From Andalucia godoyi And28 (lineage: Eukaryota > Protista > Jakobida), in assembly GCA_009859145.1 (NCBI GenBank), contig VRVR01000023.1:120934-184933 (forward strand): 64,000 nucleotides of DNA, read 5' to 3'. The position numbers and the translations under genes were made by a program. This document shows, one piece after another, positions 51,079 through 60,700 of the stretch. The notes under the pieces were generated by a model. It worked only from the letters and a program-made list of their open reading frames with translations, did no database searches and had not been told where the DNA came from. How positions within the stretch are numbered: position 1 is the stretch's first letter; each line of letters begins with the position of its first letter.

Positions 51079-51110
51079 AGGACAAGGAACGGCGGCTTGG
51101 AAAAGGTTAA
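50316..51110 (+). CDS. PACS-like protein (N-terminal furin-binding/C2-like domain) with DR/DK-repeat tail
   Basis: FELHYRHHIKGD..EVLHIALQKKRK...KTIASASFSLQEVLDYP resembles PACS FSLQYPHFLKRD..LQIMLQRRKR...KTLA...MAEVMQHP. Confidence 0.6.
50985..51087 (+). repeat. Coding hexamer repeat (GACAGG/GACAAG)n encoding (DR/DK)n
   Basis: Seen directly. Confidence 0.95.
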
Positions 51111-51325
51111 GAACTTGAACAAAAAACAATCAACAAGACGTGGTTTGCAGTTGTGCTGCACAGGTCAGCAAGGCTACAAAACAAACAAGGCGGTGGTGCC
51201 AGGTAGTTGTTGCTGCCGAGCGATTTCTCATTCATGGAAACCACATTGTCGCAGAGCAATGAGGGAAACAGGAAGGAATATTAAATTTAAACACACGCAT
51301 GCACACACACACACACACACACACA

Positions 51326-51361
<36 letters not shown>

Positions 51362-51468
51362 CACACACACGCACATAGAAAGTATTGTACAATATACGAG
51401 GCCTCGATCGAGAAACAGTAAGTGAATTGCGGGCCAGTGCACGACGGGCAGCACACCAGTGCTTCCAA

Positions 51469-53277
51469 TCACCGATTGTTTTTCTTTCCTTTGATATGGG
51501 CCTGAACTCTGTTCTGTGCATCAAAATGTCCCCGCATCTCGCGATCGTCGCGCTCTTCTTGGTTCTGCGGCCTCGACACCTCAATGTCGCCCGCCGAGGA
51601 AGCAGACGCCGCCCCGTGCACAGGGACGGATGTAGGGGAGGAGGACGCAGCAGTGGATCCCAGTTCCGCGACATCGACAAGATGGACTCTATGCTGCTTA
51701 CCTTCTGCAATACGCATGCTGGCGTTCTTGCGAACAGATTCCTCAGTCCACCAATCGCTGATATCCTGTGCCACAGGAGGAGCATAGGCATCCGCAAGGG
51801 ATCCTGCAACATAGTCCTTCAGCAAAAGACGAGAAACCCGCGGCTCATCAGGACTGCCGCGAGCGTTCATGAAGCCCCTCAGAGTTCCAAAGGACTGCAT
51901 GACCTCCGTCGCAGAAGCATACACCCATTTCTTTGTTGGTTTTCCTTCTTCATCCAGCTCGTGCGCGCCATTCACAAGAGAAGGCATGACGCAGCCGTAC
52001 TTTTGTTGGAAAACCACCGCAGGAAGGCGATTGGCCACAATGGTCATCGGACCGATGTGGTCTCGCATCTGATCGATGGGTAAAATTCCTCCACAAACCA
52101 ACATTGCTTTGGTTGCACATGCAGTCGGGAACACAAGACCCGGGCAATCACAGAGCATAACATTGGGTGATAGCTCTAGAGTCTGCAGATGCTTGGTTTT
52201 TCCAGGCTGCGCCGCAACGCCAACACGTTTGGATCTGCAAAGTGCATTGATTGTCGACGACTTTCCAACGTTCGGGAAACCAACCATGCCAACAACCAGC
52301 TGCCCAGGCTTTCTTCCTGTCAAGTTCGAAATGGGCTTTGTAGAATTTGCGGCAGTTTCGTGCTGAACGAGATCCATGTCCAGTTCCAACCAATCAAGCA
52401 GTTGGTCGATTTCCGTAAGAGATTCAACGTCATTGTCCTGCGCCTTGAAGTCCGCAAGCTTCTGTTTGGAATGCACAATATCCGATTCCGAATGCTGGTC
52501 AACCACTGCAAACTTTGGTTGATGCTTCACTGCGGAGAAATAGCGATACGGCAGCCGGTATGCTTCTTCAATGTATTTCTCCCATGTTTCTCTTTGGGCG
52601 TCCGACAGCACATCTGCCTTGTTCATCAGCAACTTGACACGCTTTCCATGCTTGAGAGCATAGTCGACCAGGTCCTTTGAAAAGTACAACAGCGGATTTC
52701 TCGCATCCAAAATATGCACAATCACGTGCGACCGTTCGACAGTTCTCCACAGCTGTTTCCACACCTCAATGTTCTTTTCGTATGGCGTAACCTCGACATC
52801 TGGTCGATCCTCTTCGATCTTTGCAACTTCTCTTCTCCAGTCCAAAAATGCTTCCTTTTCAAGTGCGGCAAGCTGTTCTTTTGTCATGGATCTGTCCCAC
52901 TTCGGCCTCTTTGGAATCGGAAGGACCAAATCATACACCAAATTCGTCGTTCTTGCAGACTTCTCAATCACCATCGTCGATCCAAACTGCGCAACCAGCT
53001 CCGCTTGCCCAAGTCTCGATGCCTCATAAGACCGCTCTTCAAAATCAAGCATGTCCAAAAAGTCATCCATATGCGTCGCTTCCACAACACTCATCATTTT
53101 CTTTGATTTCGAATCCAACCCAACATTCGCACTTCCCGCATACTCCAGCTCAGGATCAATCTGATGACGCTGTGCATACTGCGAATTCAAAAACTTGCCT
53201 TTTCGCTGCTGCTCACGCGCCTTAATCAGCGACTTTCCAAGCGTCGAGTCGCTCCTTTGCTTTGACTTTGGAGGCAT
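51469..53277 (-). CDS. LSG1: Large subunit GTPase 1 (circularly permuted GTPase)
   Basis: TPYEKNIEVWKQLWRTVERS, DARNPL, NKAD, GFPNVGKSSTIN, PGKTKH, DCPGL. Confidence 0.93.
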   Translation of the reverse strand: MPPKSKQRSDSTLGKSLIKAREQQRKGKFLNSQYAQRHQIDPELEYAGSANVGLDSKSKKMMSVVEATHMDDFLDMLDFEERSYEASRLGQAELVAQFGSTMVIEKSARTTNLVYDLVLPIPKRPKWDRSMTKEQLAALEKEAFLDWRREVAKIEEDRPDVEVTPYEKNIEVWKQLWRTVERSHVIVHILDARNPLLYFSKDLVDYALKHGKRVKLLMNKADVLSDAQRETWEKYIEEAYRLPYRYFSAVKHQPKFAVVDQHSESDIVHSKQKLADFKAQDNDVESLTEIDQLLDWLELDMDLVQHETAANSTKPISNLTGRKPGQLVVGMVGFPNVGKSSTINALCRSKRVGVAAQPGKTKHLQTLELSPNVMLCDCPGLVFPTACATKAMLVCGGILPIDQMRDHIGPMTIVANRLPAVVFQQKYGCVMPSLVNGAHELDEEGKPTKKWVYASATEVMQSFGTLRGFMNARGSPDEPRVSRLLLKDYVAGSLADAYAPPVAQDISDWWTEESVRKNASMRIAEGKQHRVHLVDVAELGSTAASSSPTSVPVHGAASASSAGDIEVSRPQNQEERDDREMRGHFDAQNRVQAHIKGKKNNR

Positions 53278-53541
53278 TCTGCTATTGCTCTTCTTCTTCT
53301 CCTCCACTCCCTTTTATCAAGTTCTTTTTTATAAAAAAATGAATAATGATATTGCTTAAAAAGAGAAAAAGAAAAGAAAAAGAAATGCAATGCAATACAA
53401 CAGCAGACCAACAGAATAGACAGAATAGACAGAATAGAGGACGGTTTTTGAATAAGGAATAAGCGCGATAAAAACAAAAGCCTCAAGGCCTCAAGTCGCC
53501 AATTCTCTCTCTCGTCTCTCTCTCTCTCAACCAATAGGTCA

Positions 53542-53944
53542 CTACTGCCAGTGCACAACGAAGCCCGTGTGCCGGATGTTATAGTCCAGCAGCGGCTTGT
53601 CATACTCGACTTCCTGCCCGCAATACAATCTGCGCACATGCAACTACAGTCAGCGAAAAAGTCTGATTAAAAAACTTTCGAATGGGGAAAAAAAAACAGG
53701 ACGCCCGCCCCCCAAACACAAACACAAATGGAGGAGGAAAAGCGGGGGGAGGAACATACAGTTTGGAACCGGATACATTCGTCATGACTGATACACGCTC
53801 TCGGATATCTTCGAATGTGTCCGTCTCTATAAACGGCACAAACACAACATTCTGCTTTGTCCGGACGAACACATACTTTTTCGAATCACTTTCCTTCATT
53901 TGAGGAATAATCGTTTCAGAATTTGAAAGCGACACATTTTCCAT
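53542..53944 (-). CDS. Small ubiquitin-like protein; join(53760-53944, 53542-53629), intron 53630-53759
   Basis: Splicing GTATGT...CAG gives ...YVFVRTKQNVVFVPFIETDTFEDIRERV...KLLYCGQEVEYDKPLLDYNIRHTGFVVHWQ* (90 aa), with a ubiquitin-like LLY.G...D..L.DYNI pattern. Confidence 0.7.
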
Positions 53945-54192
53945 TTTATTTCCACCTCTCTTCTTGGCGTCTCCCCTGATTCGCAAAATTCAAAAAAATA
54001 TATATAATAAATGGAATTCTCAAAAGGAAAAAAAAACGTACATAGATATATAGTAAACCAGCAACGGCTCCAAGAAACGAGGAGAAATCCCCGATGTCTT
54101 CCTGTTTTATTTTCGATCGCGCAGCTTGAGATTTTTTCTTCTGCATGTGTGTTTTGAAGTAAAGAAAAGAATACGAACTGTCTATTAAGAAA

Positions 54193-55143
54193 ATGGCATT
54201 GTTTCATAGGTTGATTTCAGAGGGAATGCAGCATTCTCCGAATTTCAAACGAAATCGAGCAGCTTTGCGGAATGACAAAACGGTAGGTTCTTCTTCTTCT
54301 TCTTCTTCTTCTTCTTCTGCTGCTGCTGCTGCTGCACCGGTATCACCATTACAATCCCCATCGTCGTCGGATCGGTTACCTCTTAGCCGATTTCTTGAGC
54401 TGCGAAACCATCCAAAGCAGTCAGAACATGAAAATCAGGCAGATTTACCAAAATTTGTGAAAGCTTCCGAGTACAGAGATGCGCTGCAGTCCTCTACAGA
54501 CTGGAGAACAGAGCCATCAATTCAGATTTGTACGCATTACACAACATACCTACCCATACTATACGACATGCAAGGAAGGCATCTGAACGTTCATTGCACT
54601 GTGAAGCTCATGTCATGTGCAAGATGGTATCACTTGGAAAATCAGCAGGGAGCAAACCCGCGGCTGATGCTCCAAGTGGCCTTTGCAGACATGCCCAGTG
54701 TGTCATTTTCTGCAAATTCATACTCGAATTCACAGCTGTTTATCTCCGTATGTCCTTTCTTTTCTTTGCGACGTAACTCACTCGTTTTTTCAAAAGACTC
54801 CAGTTCAATTAGCAGTTTGACACTACAAGGAGAGCGCGTGTTTTCGATGCATCTCTCCCCGGAAAATTGCTGCGAGACTGAAACGATCCACATTTCCGAA
54901 GACGGCGAAACAAAAGAGCAAAGGTACGGTGTATACAATGACGTGGTTGTGGAGTGGACAAAGGAACCGGCGTTTGACCTTGGGGCGGAACAGAATCCAA
55001 AGTGGATCCTTCAGTCCATTCGGTTTCACATTCCGTGCCGGAGAGTCATTGCATCTCTGTGCGACAGTTTGGCGTTGCAGCAACCGCTGCCAAATGCTTC
55101 TCCGATGGCCGAAGAGCAGAAAGTTGCAAACATTGCCGTGTGA
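54193..55143 (+). CDS. Uncharacterised 316-aa protein
   Basis: ATG-initiated ORF with Ser/Ala tract and beta-rich C-terminal half. Confidence 0.55.
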   Translation: MALFHRLISEGMQHSPNFKRNRAALRNDKTVGSSSSSSSSSSAAAAAAPVSPLQSPSSSDRLPLSRFLELRNHPKQSEHENQADLPKFVKASEYRDALQSSTDWRTEPSIQICTHYTTYLPILYDMQGRHLNVHCTVKLMSCARWYHLENQQGANPRLMLQVAFADMPSVSFSANSYSNSQLFISVCPFFSLRRNSLVFSKDSSSISSLTLQGERVFSMHLSPENCCETETIHISEDGETKEQRYGVYNDVVVEWTKEPAFDLGAEQNPKWILQSIRFHIPCRRVIASLCDSLALQQPLPNASPMAEEQKVANIAV

Positions 55144-55325
55144 TCTCGCGTGACCATGGCATTCTAGAAAGATAAAAAGAAAAAACAAACATCAGTTCAG
55201 CTTTTCTTTTTCTTCTTTTGCACGAGAAACTGTACAAGTCGTCGAACATCATCATCAGTATATACACACACACACACACACACACAGACACAGAGGGGGG
55301 AAGAGAGAGAAAGCGGTTTCAAGTT

Positions 55326-57206
55326 TCACGGAACAACGATACGGAACTTTCGAACAAGCGATCGTTTCAGATCGAGGTCCAACACATGCGAAACCACTTC
55401 TTTTTGAGCACTTGAAGGCCGTTTTGCGCTCGCAGGTCGATGCTTCCCACCATCCGGCTTTGAAGACAAAGACTCCTGAGCCTTTGGACTGGACTCCGCT
55501 TCAGGGTCAGTCCCATCAACATGATTGGCTTCTGCATCGGGCTGGGGGGCTGTTTCCAGTTCATTCACAGCGGGCAGAGGAGCTTCACTCGCGGCGGAAG
55601 CCGGCGGCTCGGGTGCCGCAGAGAGTGATGCGTCAGCTTCCTGAACTCTCTGTTCCACAACGATCTCTCCAACATCCAGCTGTTCGACATCCGATCCGTC
55701 GCTGTCCTGCGCAATATGAACGGTTTGGAGCTGTGCAATCGAGCTGGATTTGCTCAACGGCGGTCGGTATTCTACGCGCGGGTGCGATCGCAAATATTCA
55801 TCATAGTCAGCAAGTTCCTTTTCAATACGCGCAATAAAGGTCATCTCGGACTTGTTTGGGTATCTCGAAGACGCCGGCCCGGAAGGAAAGCGAAGGAGCG
55901 CCATCATCCGAAGCTTATCGGCAGCTCGCTGCCTCACTTCAGCTTCCGAATGCTCGAATTTCTGGAACTTCTCTTTGAGATTCTCGGACAGTTGCACAGA
56001 CCTTTCCATTCGCTGCGCTTGGAATTGCGCAGATCTACGCCTTTCCGCCTCGAAGAAGTGGGACCGCCGCTCTTCTGGTTTGACAGCCACAGCCTTCTTA
56101 TTCCACTCGATTTTGTTGAACGATTCCTCATCAGTGGGCATACCGAGCTGTTCTGCAACGAGTTTCTTCATGGAACTCGTCCGTTCCAAGAACGCAGTCC
56201 GTTCTCGCTGCTTGGCCGCCTTTGCCTCTGCTGCTTTCCTGAGCACCTCTTTTCTATATGGCTCGTCTGCGAGAGCCTTGTTCAGGTTCTCTTGGACTTC
56301 CTTCACTATTTCCTCCCTTTTCTTCGCCCGAGGCCTTGCGCTGTCGGAGTCATCCTCGTCAAACAGGTCAGCGCTCTTTGACCTGCTTCGTTGCGTTGCA
56401 GATGACGGTCGCTGTTTGGCCTGCGATTTTTCCTTTGCAGCCGCCTCTGCAGCCGCAATCGCCGCAGCGGAAACACCCGAAACAACCATCTTGTGCGTTT
56501 CCAGCAACCGATTAATGTCCAAAAGTGTCTGGTCAAAGCCAAACTGGCTGCTCCCACCTGCATAATCCACAGAAGACGCAGGTTTCCCGTCCTTGGCAGC
56601 CAACACACGCGGTGTCGTTCTCGGACTGAGTTTGCTGCTGTGGCGAGTCGTGACTGCCGCCGCTTCCAAAGCGGCATCCGCAGTGGTCAAAAACATGGAC
56701 AGTCTCGAATTTGCCCTGTGTGTCAACGTTGATACTGCCGGCGATTGCGGAGGCATCGATGCATGAACAGGGGATCGACTTGTAGCAGTAGCTTTAGCGC
56801 TTTCGAAGGGTTGCATCACAGCCTCGATTCTCTGATCGCGAACAGAAGTCGTGTTCGAGTTTGTGTCTCTCGGAGTCATTTCATTGCGAAGCGCCTTCAT
56901 GTTCAGCGGTTGGACTTCCAGCTGCCGACGAGGAACTGCAGCAGATGCAACAAGCGCATTCAACGGAGATACAACACTTGCAACACTTGTGTTGAATCGA
57001 TTGGTTCTATTTCCAGGCGACACCGCAGACTTTGCGGATTTCGGAGTCATGGACTTTGGAGAAGATGCTGAAAAGGTGGATGGTCTCCGGCGGACGTCTG
57101 CTGTGAGGACATCTTGAAGATGCAGCATTGGAATCGCAGACGTTGTAGATGTAGACGACACCGACAGAGACGATGCAGCCCTGTCCATATCCACTCGAAA
57201 ACTCAT
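55326..57206 (-). CDS. Uncharacterised low-complexity/coiled-coil protein
   Basis: 626-aa ORF. Confidence 0.6.
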   Translation of the reverse strand: MSFRVDMDRAASSLSVSSTSTTSAIPMLHLQDVLTADVRRRPSTFSASSPKSMTPKSAKSAVSPGNRTNRFNTSVASVVSPLNALVASAAVPRRQLEVQPLNMKALRNEMTPRDTNSNTTSVRDQRIEAVMQPFESAKATATSRSPVHASMPPQSPAVSTLTHRANSRLSMFLTTADAALEAAAVTTRHSSKLSPRTTPRVLAAKDGKPASSVDYAGGSSQFGFDQTLLDINRLLETHKMVVSGVSAAAIAAAEAAAKEKSQAKQRPSSATQRSRSKSADLFDEDDSDSARPRAKKREEIVKEVQENLNKALADEPYRKEVLRKAAEAKAAKQRERTAFLERTSSMKKLVAEQLGMPTDEESFNKIEWNKKAVAVKPEERRSHFFEAERRRSAQFQAQRMERSVQLSENLKEKFQKFEHSEAEVRQRAADKLRMMALLRFPSGPASSRYPNKSEMTFIARIEKELADYDEYLRSHPRVEYRPPLSKSSSIAQLQTVHIAQDSDGSDVEQLDVGEIVVEQRVQEADASLSAAPEPPASAASEAPLPAVNELETAPQPDAEANHVDGTDPEAESSPKAQESLSSKPDGGKHRPASAKRPSSAQKEVVSHVLDLDLKRSLVRKFRIVVP

Positions 57207-57551
57207 TTCCCCTCAGCTCAGTTTCAGTTTCAGCTTTCAATTTCACTTTGGTTTCCTCGCTGCCTCCTCTCAACCCCCTCCGTCCTTCCTTATATCGTCC
57301 CCTCGTCCCCCTTTTCCGTTTGTAATGAGACACTCAGGAACAGAAACCGCGATAACTGAGAATCTCGAAAATCACCGGCAGCAACTTGGACATCCCGCTG
57401 TTCTTGGAGTCCCCGGACGTTGGGCAATGCTGACTTGTTGAGGCAGTCTGCTCATGCAGAAAACGACTGTACTGTACCCCTCCTCTTTTTGTTGTTGCTG
57501 ATCGATCAGATTTATTGTGGACCGACCCCTAACGACCGCTTGTTGTCCTGT

Positions 57552-57582
<31 letters not shown>

Positions 57583-57736
57583 ATGGGTGTTTCTTCTTCT
57601 TCTTATTATTATTTTAAATAAATTAATATTAATTTTCCAACACACAAAAAAGATTATTCTTCCTTGAATTTTTCGTGTACGAGTAGATTCAGCAGCACGA
57701 CACGACAAGGACAGGAGAAGAAGAGGAAAGCCAAGG

Positions 57737-60700
57737 ATGCCCGCGACTTCACATCGCATTTATAAATTGTACGTGCGAATCGAAACTTCGTCGCACGTGG
57801 AAGCATTCGCATTAACGGTTGACGATGCTTACTCTGTGTTGGAGCTGGTTCATTTGTGCCAGCGATTCTGGTCCGTGAACCATGCTGCATCAGAACCATG
57901 GTATTTTAAATTAGTAAGGGTGATTGAGCTGGTTGGAAAAGACAGAATTTTGTTGTTTGCAGAGGATCTGAATCATCCTGCGATCACGCGGGTTACAGAT
58001 CACCACGTCTTGGAACGAGTCCCCCTCTCCCGTGAAGTGTCGGCTGCGATTACGGACACGTCGGAAGACCGCTCGTCAAAGTTCAGGCTTTCCACAGAAC
58101 GAAAAGCAGATATTTTTGACTCTGCAGAGCTCAACACGCTTGTCATTCGGCTGTGTTCGCTGGATCTGAGTGCCCCATCGTCATGGAGAGCATGCCCCGT
58201 GTTTGCATCTGCAAGCACACTATATAGAGACAGCTCTAACTCTTTCCGTGTTGTTGATGCGTTCGTCGCGCTGCATACGCTGCTCGCTTCTCCTCCTTCT
58301 GCCGCTGCGACGGTGCTGTCAAAGATTATGGAACGATTTGAAATGGTTTCCCCTCCCGCAGAAGGTCTTTCTTTTACAGAATCCCTGTTTTTTAATTGTG
58401 TTGTGCAGCCGGAAACAAGAATGAATATTCTGCGGATTTTGAAGAGGTGGATTCTGCAGTCTCCTGATTCTTTCTTATCGCTGGAAAATCAGGTTGCTGG
58501 CGACAGACTCCGAGAATTTCTCGAGTGCATAGCACCGCAAGAAACAGGTGACGAAGCAGGAGAGGAAGATGAACAGGAAGATTCGCAGAGCGCATTCAGA
58601 AAACGCGAAGATCTGCGGGAGAATAACGACGTTGGTGTTTTTGCTCGATCGCTGCTGCAGTTGCTGAACTCTCTTCAAAAGTTCCACACGCCTTCTATTC
58701 AATCCGCAGCGCAGTCTCGTGTCTCTGGTGCCTCCTCCTCGTGGAAGCCGTTTTCGCTTGATACGGCGAAGGTGCAGACGGACGCGAAGGCCTACGTCGA
58801 GAAGGTGATCGAGCAACTGACGATCATGGATTGGGAGTTCCTGTCACAGGTGAATTCATATGAATGGACATTTTATGATCGGGAGAGGCTCTCGGATCCG
58901 TCTGCAAAGAACATTTGCCAGTGCCTTCGCTTTTGGAAGAACGTTCAATGCTGGGCGGTGTTGTCTGTTCTTCAAGAGGCAGACTACAAGAGTCGTGCAA
59001 GTCGATTGCGTTTGTTGTTGGCGGTCTTTCGAGGCTTGAAGTTGATCCGCAGTTATAACATGGCATTTGCCATCTGGGCCGCGATTTACCACCCCAGCAT
59101 TTCCAGATTGTCCAAAACCTGGGAGTCCTTGCGTAAGGATTCTTCCAAAGAACTCGAAGAAGCCGAGTATTTTCCTGTGTGGTATCAACGTGATGTCGTC
59201 GCCGCAAACGCAATCGAACAACCGTGTGAGCCACGAACAACACCAATGTCTATCGATGACATCACGCCAATTTACCATGCTCCCCTGAGTCTTGAAAGCG
59301 CGCATCAAGCACTAGAAGCAACACCTGCATTTGTTGGAAAAGGAAATGTGCAGTCACAGGTCAACGTCGCGCGACTGGTTGATGTTCACCGCTGGCTGTA
59401 TGTTTTCTCGTCCCCAGAATCTTCTCCGGCAACACCATTTGGAAGGCTAAGGTTCACAAAGCTGGTTTCCACAGCCCCGATTGACCATATCCTATTGTCC
59501 AATGTTGAGAAGGCTGGGAATACAGCCGAGGAAGACTTTCTGCAAACGTCTGCCAAGTTGGAGCCGGACGGGGATGGGTCTCATGCCTTATATGATCGGC
59601 TGTATATTCATTCGTTGCTGTCTATTTTCAGAAAGGCACGCATTTCTGCAGATTCTTCCAGTAAGTCCATTTTGAAAGATGAAATCAAGGAGATTCTGCG
59701 GTTTGAAAGCCATTCACAGAGTTTATTCCAAGCAGATTTTGGCAATGTAGATGATGAAAACGAACCAGACCCAGAAGATGAAAAGGACCCGTATCTCATG
59801 ATGCTGAAGTATGCAGAGGTGGCATCGTATCTTCCAGTGGAGAAGTATGTTGCAATCGCTCCGTTGTCAGGTGATATGGATCTGCACCGTGACGTCACGG
59901 TATACTTATACTTTAATCCTGCAAATGTTCGTGACGATCCATATGCAACGTGGAAGGACGTGTTGCAGAACAAACGCGAAGCGAGGAAGTTTCCCAATGT
60001 TGACCTTCGGACGCCCGTGCGTGCTTTTGTAGAGAGGATTTTGTACGAGATGAAGCTCTCCGAGCCCGCAGCGGAGTTCATGCTGAAATGCATTGGGTGG
60101 CATGAATTTCTGTGTGTCGACACCGTTTCCCTGGCCGATTTTGATTCCGTCCGAACCATGCTCAAGAAGGACAAACCAGTACGCTTCTCGCTGTGGACTG
60201 TGCCACTGGTGATCTTTGCATCCTTGTATCCGTTGCTTCCTCGTTACATCGATCCTGAGAAATCGGCTGTCGATCTGGACAGTGTGCCGCGCAATCGAAA
60301 GTTACTTGTTGAACAGCTGCTATTCTCAAACAAGCGGCTCATTCCTTTTGTATCCCCGGCTTCTGCAAAAAAGGATATGGAAAGAGAGTCGACGAGGTGG
60401 AATCGGGCTTTTGATGCTGCCCGAAGCCTGTCGGCATTTCCAACTGCGCAACAAAAGCTGATTCCGAATAAGGATTTTCGTTTCCCTGCTTCGGCTGTCT
60501 GTTTTCCATACGGTGCCCCGGGCTATGGAAAACTAGAAAATTTGTGGAAGGGAGCGTTTGAGCGGAGCGGAACGGACAAGAATGCCTCGATTCACACGTT
60601 TTCGAACATCCCCATCAAGTTCACAATTCGTACTGTTTCGTCCATTCCTCTCACTTCTCCGTGCTTTGCCTTTCTTACCGGTAAGAAGGATGGCTTGCAG

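Noticed and set aside
50985-51087. Tandem repeats and microsatellites as a possible CRISPR-like array
   Set aside because: These are simple 2-6 nt repeats with no unique spacers and no cas genes, in a eukaryotic context.
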